From positions 1-64,000 of the forward strand of contig MU058463.1 of NCBI GenBank assembly GCA_013265495.1: a stretch of 64,000 bases of DNA, in the 5' to 3' direction. Below the pieces are notes generated by a model that saw only the letters and a program-made list of their open reading frames with translations, searched no databases and was not told the origin of the DNA. A program made the position numbers and the translations under genes. This stretch comes from Vicugna vicugna (lineage: Eukaryota). Shown here piece by piece: positions 39,640-51,915 of the stretch (positions are counted from its first letter, which is position 1; each line of letters opens with the position of its first letter).

Positions 39640-40200
39640 TTTTTTTCCTTCCTCCAGGGAGGCAGAAAGGAGGGCCAAAGTGTCCCTCTTGCCTTGGTCA
39701 GTTCTTTTTTTTTTAATCATTCTTTTCTTTTTTCCTTCCAGTTTTATTGAGACCATTGACATACAGCAGTGTATACTTTTTTGGGGGGGGGAATTATATT
39801 TTCTTTCTTTCTTTTTAATGGAGGTACTGGGGATTGAACCCAGGACCTTGTGCTTTCTTGCTAGGCATGCATTCTACCACTGAGCTATACCCTCCCCCTT
39901 GGCCAGTTCTGAAGTCACTTTATTCAACATAATCCATAGGGCACATTTTGGGGCAGCCTACACTGGACCCCAACATTTCCCTCCTCTGAAACTTCCCTGG
40001 AAGTTTTACATATTAAAAGCTGAGTTGATGAAAGAAAAAAAAAAAAAAAGAAGACACAATAGGCCATGATCAGATCATTAGTAAATAACACAATAGACAG
40101 CAAGGCAATAAATTAAAAATAGAACAAACTTCGTCAAGTGAGGATCGATGGGATGGATTCCAAAAGGCCCATAAGTTAGCCACAGCTTTTCTGAAACTCC
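39640..40200 (-). mobile_element. ERV1 (MER34/LTR39-like) 3' internal end, polypurine tract and start of 3' LTR
   Basis: Minus strand reads 'tcaactcagcttttaatatgtaaaacttc...cagaggagggaaa|TGTTGGGGTCCAG...GCCCCAAAATGTGCC'; LTR starts at 39975 and is interrupted by the SINE. Confidence 0.7.
39706..39896 (-). mobile_element. tRNA-derived camelid SINE (vic-1-like) with an L1-derived 3' extension
   Basis: Minus strand GGGAGGGTATAGCTCAGTGGTAGA (A box) ... GGGTTCAATCCCCAGTACCTCCA (B box), A-rich tail; 14-bp TSD CCTTGG(T/C)CAGTTCT at 39692-39705 and 39897-39910. Confidence 0.9.
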
Positions 40201-40249
40201 AAGAAACAACAAAGAAAAAATATCACTTTTAAGTGTTTAATTACATTTG

Positions 40250-40430
40250 TAAAACACTTTTTCACTTCATAAATAGTCTCATTATCTATAATCTTTACCC
40301 TGAAGGTAAATACTGGTAACTTATTTTATAGTAGGAAAACTTGAGATTCAGATAAATTATGATTCTGGCAAAATTAACATAACACTTCAGTGATGTAGAC
40401 ATGAATCAGACTTAGTTATGTTGACCACAC
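40250..40430 (-). mobile_element. MIR SINE
   Basis: 'ttattttatagtaggaaaacttgagattcagat' decayed MIR core. Confidence 0.55.
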
Positions 40431-40667
40431 TCACTCGTCAAACAAATAAATGTTGGGATCAAACTAAACCTGGATTGATCACATCTGAGGCTCTGTCATA
40501 TTCACCATTTGTAATATCTAGCCTGGCATTCAACTGGTTCTCTCTAAATAAGTGTTGACTGGATAGATGTGCCAGGCATTTAGTAAGTTCTCCAGACTCA
40601 TCATATCTCATCTTGGTGCAGGTTATATACCAAAGAGTGATTGTTAATCCAACAATATAAATATATA

Positions 40668-41112
40668 GACTTGAGAAAAAAACAAACACACACGACATAA
40701 GAGTTGTGAGTTGAGTTTATTCAGTGTCTTACTGAGGACTGTAACCCAAGGACAGACTCTCAGGTAGCTCTGAGGAACTGCTCCGAAGAGGTAAGGGGAG
40801 AGGCCAGTATATATGTGATTTTGGTCAAGAGGTATATTCAATCAAGCATACATCTCAGTAGAAGGTTACTGCTAGTCACAAGAAATAAATTTTCTCAGTT
40901 AATGATTTTAGTGCCTTTCTAAGTATAGGAGGATGCAAGAACCCAGGTGCATACAAATTGAAAAAAAGAAAATTCCTGAAATATTTCAGGCTCTCCCTGT
41001 TTTGCCTCTTTTTCGAGATCACAGAGTGCCTCATAGTGATCTTTGCTCTGGATTTCTTTTTTGGGTGTATTGTAGGTCTGTGACTGAAGTGGCTAATGAC
41101 GTATTCCTTGTT
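40668..41112 (-). mobile_element. MER41-like ERV1 LTR
   Basis: 'agtttattcagtgtcttactgagg...ctcaggtagctctgaggaactgctccgaagagg...ttttagtgcctttcta'; colinear with 43710-44179. Confidence 0.85.
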
Positions 41113-41559
41113 TGCAAATACATATGTTACAAACAACTCTTTTCTAAATACTGCAAAACCTCAAATTTCCATTTTCATTGGTATAAAGGTACCTGTTAGG
41201 GAGCGAGACTTTAAACTAATTAAGTGATTACTTTAAGGATGTCACAGGATCTGTATTTCACTGCACACCTTGCATATTTAAAAAAATATTAAGGCATACT
41301 AAACTTTAATAAATCACCATTTACAATAAATCCATATTAAGCAGAGAAAATGAACAAAATAGATATATAATTACATTGCTATGCTTGTGAATTTCGATGG
41401 AAGACAGTTTTCATTAGAATTCACCCAAACCTCCACTTTAGCATAATTGTAACTTTTAAAACTTGGCCCTCCAATTCTTTATAAATTATGTTGCTGTTCC
41501 TCTGTATTCACTGAGGACATTACAAGGCAACATACAACTTCTTTCTAGCAGTCACTGGA

Positions 41560-42120
41560 GATTTGGGGATTATCTTTCTTTTACCATTGACTTGGAAGCC
41601 CCCTGAGATTCAGAGAAGCCCTGTGAGAGCAAGGAGAGTGGGGGCATTGCCTCCGTTTCTCCATCTCCAACCCTAAGTGCTAGTGTATTTTGCGAGGAGG
41701 GAATGTTCCTGATACTCCACTCAGTAAGTTAGAATTATTTTGTCCGCCCATTATTAAACAGTCCAGTTTCCTGAGTGTGAGGCCCTGTTTCTGCTTCACT
41801 TTCAAACTCCTGCCTTCCCTTCACTCCTTTTGTGGCGTTCCCTCATCTCTTTAGACCTCTTCTTTAGGTTGCTGTGCTTGCTGGATTCCGTGTTCTTGTT
41901 GGCCTTTACTTGAGAGTCTGTTTCACTTTTTGCAACCAGAATCTCTTCTTATTCTTTCCCTTCTCCTCCCTACCCTCCAGCCTTGCTTTCAAAAACTAAC
42001 CATATCAAACCGCTCTGGGCTGGCCATTCCACTGAGCTCTCTATTAGACACATACAAAGAAATACTTCATTTATCTATTTTAAGGGGTCTACAACCCAGG
42101 GGTTGGTCCCTCATCTCTGG
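41560..42120. mobile_element. Possible ancient LTR fragment, family unresolved
   Basis: GC-elevated block with strand purine skew between other LTRs; no diagnostic motif recognised. Confidence 0.25.
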
Positions 42121-42474
42121 ATGGTAGTTTCTTCTTTGGAAAGGAATAATTCAAACATTTTTTTTTTTGCATTATGGAAATATACTGTATAAGGAGCAGT
42201 AGTTGGAGTTAAAGCCTATGACTCTAATTCTACAATTGAATTTAACTCCTGCATGCCCTGTCTGTAACTAGTGCAGGCAACTTCATCTAACTCACCACCT
42301 TCTCTTCTCTCTTCCCATTCCAATAAATGCTTTCATTGATTTAGATTTGTTAAAACAGTAACAGATTCAAAATTCTTTTAGACTTTCTTCCACTCTATAT
42401 TTGGACAAGTCAATACTTTGAAACTTCGAGTACTGCTGCCTGCCCTGCCGGAGAAAATTTTGATAATAACAATC

Positions 42475-43700
42475 TATCCATTTTGGTGCGAGGGTGGGTA
42501 TTCCTCTTTCTAGAACACAGCTTTATGAAAAAAAAAGAGGGGGGGAGTGTCTGTTTCTGACATGTGTAGTGTTGGGCTGCTTCATGTGCTCATTATCCCA
42601 TGATGAATTTACTTCCTTGTCACTCTTTGGTCTTTGCACAACTTAGTTTTTAGGAGAAGTCTGATTTTTTAAATTCATGACTAAATTTACCAAGGCAGCT
42701 CAAGTCTTACAGCATGAGACATATATAGGGGACTGCCTCACATGGAAAATGGTAAGGCGGTCTCTGTTTCTGAGATGTTCCCTAACTTCAAGTAGAACCC
42801 TGTCATACAGCCCTTACTTTCTCAGGTTTTCTCCTTGGGACTCTGCTTAAGACTCAGGGGCAGTGGTCTAGCACTTGACACCACTTCTCACTTTCAGCTC
42901 TTTATCTCTAGGTCCTCATTTACATTCGTCACTTCCATTTCAAGGAACTGCTTAACTCCTCACGTGTGGTTGAGGGGGTGGGTAGCTAGACAATCGGCCT
43001 TAACACTTTATTTCAAGTCTGTTATCTGTTTGTACCAATATTTAAACATGCTACAATATCTCACACTGGGAATTGCAGATTATTTTAATTTAGAACCTAA
43101 AAATTAGGTTCTTGCCAACTTGCCCCCAGGGAAAGTAGAGGCTTCATAATCTGACATATAGATTGGGGTGGTCTGAAATGATGGCAGTGGGGGGAACATG
43201 TAAAATTAGCTTGATTTCTCAAGTAATCAGCCAATCACAAATTAATATTCCAAATATATCTTCCTACACCTGCTTGTTAAATTTAGGCTTTCTAATCAAT
43301 ACTTATCTAACTCCTAATGTGCCATTGATTTTTGTCTCCACCCCTGGCAGCTTCTGCTGTGAACATCTGCTTACCTAGTCTAAAACCTTAAACAGATTCA
43401 TCCTTTAATAAATATTCTGGACAGTTTCAATCCTCCAGTTCTTATACTGGTCCTTCCTCCCCAACATACACTTTGTTTTCTCTATTTGTGACCCAGTATC
43501 TAGGATGAGATTTGAGGGACAACATTCTTTCCCCCATAATAAGAATATTTTGGCATGGACTGCTTATATCACAGTAAGAGTTTATTATTTTCAATTTTTC
43601 TAGTCCCAATCCACAGCTCTTATTTCCATAATGCATACATCTTAAAGAATCCCTCGGAGGGAACAAGGGAAGCCTGTAGTTTAGGGGGGTGTCACTCCAC
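42475..43700. mobile_element. LTR78-like ancient LTR
   Basis: 'ttggtgcgagggtgggtattcctctttctag...ggagtgtctgtttctgacat...gcagctcaagtc...taggggact' resembles recalled LTR78; right boundary uncertain. Confidence 0.55.
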
Positions 43701-43709
43701 ACAAGGATT

Positions 43710-44179
43710 TGTCAACTGGAAAAAAATACACAATGTAAAAGCTATAAGTTGAATTTATTCAGTGTCTTACTGAGGTCTAGCCCAGGAGACATCTTCTCAG
43801 ATAGCTCTGAGAAACTTTACTGAAGAAGTCAGGCAGGAAGATCAGTATATGTGTAATTTTGGCCAAGAGGGTGCGTGCAACCAAGCACACACTCTTGGTG
43901 GAAGGCTGCCACTAGTCAGGAGGATCAGGTATCTTAGTTAATGGCTCTAGCTCTTTTCTAAGTGTGGGAAGAAGGAAAAATCCAAGTTCATAAAAAATTC
44001 CTTCTGAAAATATCTAACTCTCTGAAGGCCTATTCTGCCAGTTTTCCCAGAACACAGAGCACCTCATTCTTGATCTCTGCCCTGAATTCCTTTCAGGGTG
44101 TATTAAAGGTCACCAAATATAGGGGCTACTAACTCAAACCTTGTAGAGCCTGATGGCTAGTGACCTTCTTTAGTTGGCA
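43710..44179 (-). mobile_element. MER41-like ERV1 solo LTR
   Basis: TG...CA ends ('tgtcaactg'...'gttggca'); near-TSD GATT/GACT; homologous to 40668-41112. Confidence 0.85.
44044..44052. promoter_or_regulatory. GAS (STAT) consensus motif TTCCCAGAA inside MER41-like LTR
   Basis: Exact TTCN3GAA match; function untested. Confidence 0.4.
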
Positions 44180-45114
44180 GACTTCAGTAAGAACATTCTT
44201 AAAATAGTATAGAAACCAGAATTATGTGGGTCATATTAACGTAACACCTTTTGGAACAACATGAAGCAGTCAGAATTGAGACAGGATTCTGAACTATTCT
44301 GATCTATATTTTCTGACTGATAGATAAGAAAGGAAAAGAAGGAGAGGTTAAATCAAGATTAGTTCCATGTTTTGCACTTGGGCAACAGGATTTTCATGGT
44401 GCTATGATGCCATTGATCAAGAAATGGATTTGAGTTGAAACAGGCTTTGTAGGGAAGAAAAAACAAATTTATCTTTAGAAATGCTAAATCTCAGGTTCTA
44501 ATAGTAATGACTTTTAGTGACTATAAGGGAAATGGACATATATGTATATGCTCTAGTTTATATCTCTATCTACATCTACATCCAGATCTTCATCTATATT
44601 TTTGTTTGAAATTATAATTTTGTTCAGTTTATTTAACCAGACATTTTGTGTAAATAAAACACATGTAATTCCAGTGGTGCAGAGATAATTACTTTCCCTC
44701 CTTATGTTGAATAGACCCCCAATATTTTGCTGATACTTTGGATTCCATAATGACATATAAGATTCAAATTAAGCGCACCTAGATAAATGAAAATGACTGA
44801 AAACTGAGTATCATGGGTAGAGAATGGGCATAGATGAAAACAAAAAATGTCCTCAAGATCAGTCCTCCAGAAAAATTTTGAGAAAAGAAACTATCTCAAT
44901 GACAATCTGAAGCCATAGTAGACTGATACATTTTTCAGTGTAGATAAAATTTATTCAACAAATCTAACTTCATAAAACAATATAGAAGTAGAAGTAAAAA
45001 TTATCTAGGTTGTACTGATTTCTAGACTGGTTAAATCTTTTTTTTCCATTTTTTGACTCTGACTTTGTTTTACCATACAGAATCATGTCTAGAAAACTAC
45101 AGTTTTCCTTGTGT

Positions 45115-45335
45115 TTGTTTTTTTTTTTTAATTAAAGTATAGTTGATTTACAATGTTGTATAAGTTTCTGGTGCATAGCAAAGTGATTCAGTTTATATAT
45201 ATTCTTCTCTATTATGATTTATTACAGAATATTGAATATAATTCCCATGCTATAGAGTAGGACCTTGTTGTTTATCTATTTTATTTATAGTAGTTAGTAT
45301 CTGCAAATCCCAAACTCCTAATTTATCTCTCCCCC
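45115..45335 (-). mobile_element. Cetartiodactyl L1 3' end
   Basis: Poly-T then 'aagtatagttgatttacaatgttg...agtaggaccttgttgtttatctatttt...gtatctgcaaatcccaaactcc'; TTTTCCTTG on both flanks. Confidence 0.9.
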
Positions 45336-46368
45336 TTTTCCTTGGTTTTTAAAGTTTGAATCTTTCATTTTTGATAAGAATTTTGTACGTCTACCAACAA
45401 CAGCAACATACAAGATACCATATTTTAGAGAAATTAAACCAAGCTTAAGAAAACTTCCTGCAGATGGTTCTAATCTTAATCAATATATATCATGTAGCTC
45501 TTTTTGCATGTTATTCATAAACAAAACAAAAACACCACAAAACAAAAATTCCACTTAAGTAGCCAAACGTGCTGGTGGCTTTATTTGCAGGAAAATGAAA
45601 GTAGGAACTATATTGCATATTGCACAAAACAGCTACTAACACCAACCTCAAAACATTTCCATTTATAGCTAGAGTAGGTCCCTAATATCTCTTCCCTCTC
45701 TAGCATTTACTTTCTTCAAAACCACAGATCTAACCTCAGGCATATACATTGAATTTCTTATGTTAAATAGTTGAACACATTTTCTCTTGTCACAATTGTT
45801 ATCCCAATGGAACAAAATCTAGGAAACCAACTTTACTTGAAGGCTTGGACTGGAGAAATTATAAATATTTTTAATTTCAAAGTTTCTTTTCCAAGTTGAC
45901 TTATACATCCATTGAACTGGGGAAAATCATCAATTTAATTAAGCTATTTATGTTTAATGTTTTAATTTTTTTTGCCTTATGTCACTTATGTGTTCAAACA
46001 AAGTATTCATTTAGCACATACCACGAGTTTGCATGATTTACTATGCACATGAGGGGATGATAACGGACAAGAAAGATATTCTACTCTCACTAATCTTAAA
46101 TTCCAAAGAAGGTTGACAATTAGTCACATTAAACTTTATGAATGTTTTGATAAAGAGTAGAGTATATAGGAGTAAGTGATAGAAACATTATAGTCTGAGG
46201 GATGAAAGGAGACCAGAAGAAGTAATATTTAAATTGAAATTAATAAGTTGAATACATGGTGATGAGAAAGGCAGATACTGGTATTGTCTGATTTGAGATG
46301 TTAGGAAATTGGAAATGTTCCAGGGAAAGGAAGTTAATTCCTAGAGAGACATAATGTGGCCCATATTT

Positions 46369-46800
46369 CTGTTAGTATGGCTGCATGAAAAATTACAGGA
46401 CTATTTTGTGACATGAACAACCATTTATTGCACTCACAGATTTTGTGGGTCAGGAAAATTTGACTTATATGTATGGCAGTTTATGCTGGCTGCTGACTTT
46501 GGACTCCAGCTACTCTCTCTGTGGGACATTCCATGTGGTTTCTCTGTATGGACTCTTTCGAGCTTTCTCACAGCTTGGTGGCTAGGTTCTAAAGGTGAGC
46601 ATCCTGAGAGAGATGGAGAGATACAGAGAGACATAAAGTGCGAGAGCTAGAGGAAGAGAGAGAGAGAGAAAGGTGGAAGCTGTATTCTTCTCAAGGCTAA
46701 GCCTTAGAAGACATCTAGGATCATTTCCACTATACTCTACTGGTTACAGGAGTTGCAGGCTCCCCCTTACATGGGATAATGTAACAAATGGAGGTAATGT
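46369..46800 (-). mobile_element. MLT1F/G-like MaLR LTR
   Basis: 'aacaaccatttattgcactcacagattttgtgggtcagga...tctcacagcttggtggctaggttc...ggtggaagctg'. Confidence 0.75.
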
Positions 46801-47569
46801 AAATGCTGTATCTGAATGGGAGGATGCCAGTCATGTATATGAGTCATCTCAGACAATTTGTTCTTCCACAGTCCTTAATTTAACATGTTTAGAATTGCTG
46901 AAGCATGGTGAGCAAAAGGACGGGAATGCTGTGCTTTATGAGATATGTAGAAATACACTGATTTTTATTTTAAGGGTTATGGCAAGATATTGATGATTTT
47001 CATGTAGGAGAATAATTTCTTCAGATTAGTATGTTGCAAAAATCTCTTTGTATGATCACTTCATAAGAAGGGAGCAAGTTTAAATATTCAGAGTATTGTA
47101 GAGGTTTATTTGAAAAATTTTAGAGGTTCTGACAAAATCAGAGTACTGAGGGAAAATAGATAAAACATACTTTTGGCATTCAAAATGGGAAGGATGTGGG
47201 ATTAATTAGCTGTGAGGAGTCAGGGGGAAAAGGAGTCAAAATGACAAGCAAATTTCTGGCTTAATCAACTTGATGAACCATGGAACCACATAAAAGGGCA
47301 AAAGAGTAGGAGTATAATTAAAGCAAAAATTATGGGACAGTAATTTATATGCTGGGTTTAGGTAGAGACATTTACTAAGGAACTTAATATTTTGGGCTGG
47401 AACATATAAGGCTAGTTAGAAATGAAAATACAGATTTAAGGAGTTCTTGGTACACAGAAATCAATTGAAACCATGGGAGCATAAGAGATGGCTTTGTAGG
47501 AATATATAGAAATGAAAAGGAAAAGTCTATGGAAGAGTCTTGCAGCACACCAATGTTTAAGGGGTGATG

Positions 47570-47790
47570 ACTGCTAACATGTATTGCATTGGCATTTACT
47601 GTGTTCCAGCATTCTAAGTACTTAAGATACATTATCTTGTTTAAGCTTATCACTATCACATGAAGTAGGTGTCATTGTTATTCCCATGAAGTAAATAAGG
47701 AGCAGAATCAAGAGAGGTTAAGATACAGTGCATGGATTCCAACTTGAACATGTAAGCCCAGATTATGTTGTTCTTGGCTACTGCTACTCC
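47570..47790 (-). mobile_element. MIR SINE
   Basis: 'gctaacatgtattg...tgaagtaggtgtcattgttattcccat...agagaggttaag'. Confidence 0.7.
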
Positions 47791-48344
47791 CTGCTAAGAG
47801 AAGGAACAGAGTGAGAAGAAAGGAGAGAATGAATAAGACAGATGCCAGAGAGACAGAAAGAGAAAACTTGTTCCAAATGGTGTCATCAACAGCATGGAGA
47901 AAAGCATTTCAAAAAAAAAAATAGTAGCTAGTAGTTTTGTATAACTTTAAGTCTACTGATAATTTGGTAAGTGGACAGTTAGTAGAATTGTGGGGCAGAT
48001 GTACCATAACTGAGAAAAATAATATCTCATTTTGTCAAAATCTTAAAATTAATTTAATTATTAACATTTAAAAGTTAAATATTAATATTATTCTTGAGAT
48101 ATTTGAAATCACACAACCATATAATTAACTCTCAATATTTGAAGGTGTTATTCACATTGCAATATCATTTCTTCATAGGCTTAGAAGAGTCAGTAATAAA
48201 CTCAGATGACTCATGAGGATGTCAGTGCAATATCTCTTATTACACGAGAAATTCATTTGAGTATATATATTATTTTTAACATTTAGGGTGATCAGTGCCC
48301 TTTCCTAAGTTATATTGTCATGCTAGTCTAAATTTTATAAAATG

Positions 48345-48890
48345 TAATTCAAAAAAACACATGTACTCCAATGTTCACAGCAGCATTATTTACAATAGCC
48401 AAGACATGGAAACAACCCAAATGTCCATTGACAGATGATTGTATAAAGAAGATATGGTGTACACACACACACACACACACACACAATACTACTCATCCAT
48501 AGAAAAGAGTAAAATAATGCCATTTGCAGCAACATGGATGGACCTGGAGATCGTCATTCTAAGTGAAGTAAGCCAGAAAGAGAAAGAAGAATATCATATG
48601 ATATCACTTATATGTGGAATCGAATAAAAAGGACACAGGTGAACTTATCTACAAACAGAAACAGACTCACAGACATAGAGAACAAACTTATGGTTTACTT
48701 ATGGGTAAAGTGGGTGGGAAGGGATAAATAGGGAATTCAAAAACTGCACCTCTTAGGGAATGATGAAATGTTAGCTATCCTGATTGTGGTGGTGGTTTCA
48801 TGGGTGTATTTATTGATCAAAATTGATCAAACTGTACATCTGAAATATGTGTAGTTTACTGTATAGGAACCATACCACAACAAAGGTGTT
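48345..48890 (+). mobile_element. 5'-truncated L1 3' end, same subfamily as 10979-13192
   Basis: Colinear with 12660-13190; 15-bp TSD AAATTTTA(T/A)AAAATG at 48330-48344 and 48891-48905; internal (CA)n. Confidence 0.9.
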
Positions 48891-51275
48891 AAATTTTAAA
48901 AAATGCATGAATAAATGTATAGATAAATAAAATTTAAAATTTATTAAATTACATGCCCAAGAGTAAAGTCAATATATAGGGAAGATAGGTATTTCTACCA
49001 TGTAGCATCCCATGTGCTATGCTCCTTCTCTTTAGTAGAAGAAACAATGACTGAATAAACAATGACTGAAATGAAATGGCAAAGGCCACTAATGCAATAG
49101 TTGTCATCATGCCTTCTCAAGATTACAACCTTAACCACCCAGATGAAAGTAGTCTTCGGGGCAAAATTTCCCTAAGTGTCTTGGAAGTTATGTCTGGATA
49201 TCACAATGATTTTTCAGTTAGGGTTTAGATAAATATTTTTTTAAATGAATTTGTTACAATGTCCAAATATAATATTAACTTTCATTATCAAAAGTGGATA
49301 ATTAAATTTTAATGTAAAACTAATTTATTTACTCCCTGGATACACCTTAGTGGGTCTATAGTTGCAGATTCTCGCCTGATTACTGACTTAAATAAGTCAG
49401 CCTAATTGAATGTGTGAACAACAAATGACAATAAATCCTATGATGGTCTTTCTTACCATTTAAAGAAGCAAAATATTCTGCTATCATCTTACTGAGACTT
49501 CTAAGTCATTGTTTTGTTGAAGATTCTTTGAAGGGCTTTTTGAATTTTCCTAACATTACACCAAATTCAAAATACTATACAGAAGATATATAAAACTATA
49601 TGCTAAAATATAAATTGCTTATATACATTTATAATTTGCTTATTTAACTGCATTAGGATAGCCAAATTTTATATCATTTTACCTCTCATAAATAGTACAG
49701 TTTAGTCTCTCAATTAGGTCAACAAAGTAGTCACATTGATTCTTTGTGTATCATTTAGTAATATTCATGGCAGCAGTAAGTGGGGCCTCTGGAAAAGAGA
49801 ACTAATTAAAGAACAGTTCTTGAAGACAAGGTGCTCCTGAGATAATGCATTGGAAACTTACTGAAGGAATCCTTAGGACTGAGAAGTTCTACTGAGATAC
49901 TATTCTGATACTAATATTATATAAAATATATAAAATTCACTTTGACATTTCAAAGAAGAATGAAACGAAAGAGCTTCCTATTATCTGTACTGAAAATCAT
50001 TTATAACATAATACTCTTATTTCTAAAAGTATGATTAAAACTGCACTTCAAAAGTCAAATCTTTTCAAAGAAACTCTAAATTACTGGTTAAAGAATTTAG
50101 AAATCTTATCTGATGTTCTTACGAAAAACTCTTCTGACCTTTGGTTTGGCATTGAAGAGCTTTCTCATTTTCTAAAAGTCTCTTTTGCTATATTCTTTTC
50201 ATGACAATGGAGGGATAGGGGAAAAAAAATCCAATAGAAAATATATGCTCAATGTACTATGGCAGTAAAGTTTCTTACATTTATGCATGTGTGTAGTTTT
50301 ATTGTATTTGTGGTTTTGTGTGTGTGTGTCATACAATACAATTAAATATAAGCTTATAAAGTTAGAATCCAAAATATTTAAAATGTTATCCTAATTTTCT
50401 TTGCTCTGTACAGTGCATCCCAAGGAAATTTTCTAGGTCATGGTTTTCTTTAAATTAGTAAATTAGGGGTACTTACAGTTCTGAGTAGAAGAATCAGTCT
50501 TATTACTTTTAGGTTAAAAGGATAATATTACAGAAAACAAAATATGAGCTCTGTAACTCTATTAAGAGAAAGAACTTTAAAATCGGTACACCTCTGCAAA
50601 AGAGGTTCGATGTTACTGGCGATGCATTAGAACCTCCAGGTGTCTGATCTGCTGACAAAGCAGTAAGGCTCAGAAGGGGGCCTTTCTACTTAGGCATGGT
50701 GACTCCATGTTAATTTATCTTCCTTCCCCACCCTTACTGAAACGAAGTGAATTAATCAAAACAAAGACAAAAGACAACAGGGGAAACAACATCAGAAGAA
50801 AGCTTTAAAAAGACATTTTGGATGCAGGGAATTGAAAAGGGAGAGTTGATGTCTTATGTAGAACAGAATATTAATACAAACAGAAATAATTGCTTCAAAT
50901 AGTCCTTCAGACTCTCAGAACTTAGTTGAATTTAGAATGATTCACATAGCTAAAAACAGGTGGGCTGTTGAAAACTAGAACAGTAGAAAAAGCCTGGGAA
51001 AGAAGACACACAGTCCAAGCTTTATGCGGACTTTCTCTTCCAACTTACTATTTTTCACAGACTCTGTAAAAGTGAAAATATTGCTATATAAACATGGAGT
51101 ATATGTCAAGTCTTTGCGGAATAAGAAAGGATTGCAAGAAACCACTGTACGAGGAGAACTGCAGAAAAGAATTCTCTGGAGACAGAGTAGTAAAAGCAGT
51201 AGAAGGGATTTTCTATGTCTACCAATTTCTATTACTTAAAATTGTGATTTACACCGTAGTTTGCTGTTTCATACT

Positions 51276-51915
51276 TGTAACTGAAGGAGAAATAATAAAA
51301 TGGCTGCAATTAGACTAACAAATTCTTGGCTTTATGCTTACTGCTTGCTTTTAGAACGATCAGCAAACCTGACTGACTAGACACTGCTCCCAGACCCAGG
51401 CCCATTGTTGAAGCTTAACTTGTTGATTCTACTGTTTGATTTTACCTTACTCTGATAATTAAAATTTGCAATCATGTTTGGCATCTCAGTCATTCTCCAG
51501 GACGGAGAATTGTCCCATTCATGGGACAATAACCTAAGGAGAATGACCAGACCCCCAGAGTTCCTCTGCAGCCCCAATGAGTCTGACCGGATGAAGAAGG
51601 TCAAGGGCTGATGACCTTCCAGACCACCAGGAGATCCCCTGATACCAGACAGGCTCATCAAGATTTAGGAGGAAGTTTCATCAGAGACCCTTTTATGCTC
51701 CCACCTGTTCTTATTACCTTTCATTCTCCAACCTGTTGTCTATGTAATCACTAAGCCCCAACCCCAAGAGGGGCTCACAGTTTTGAAGGCACTAGCCTAC
51801 TGTGAGGCCCCTTTGCTTGACAAAGTAATAAAGCTGTCTCTTTTTTCCTAAGCTCTAAGACCTTGTCCCTGAATTACTTGGCTCGTCAGGGACAAGGGCT
51901 GATTTTCAGGCAACA
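51276..51915 (+). mobile_element. ERV1-type solo LTR
   Basis: TGTAAC...CAACA ends, 'gaaggcactagcctactgtg...cctttgcttgacaaagtaataaagct' R region with AATAAA; near-TSD TACT/TAAT. Confidence 0.8.

Larger units (their letters stand above)
45990..48000 (-). mobile_element. L2 fragments hosting an MLT1 LTR and a MIR
   Basis: 'caaacaaagtattcatttagcacatacc', 'aatttctggctt', 'ttgaaaccatgggag', 'caccaatgtttaagggg'. Confidence 0.6.

Noticed and set aside
39820..39896. tRNA gene
   Set aside because: A and B boxes are present, but the anticodon region is disrupted and it has an A-rich tail and TSD, so it is a SINE.
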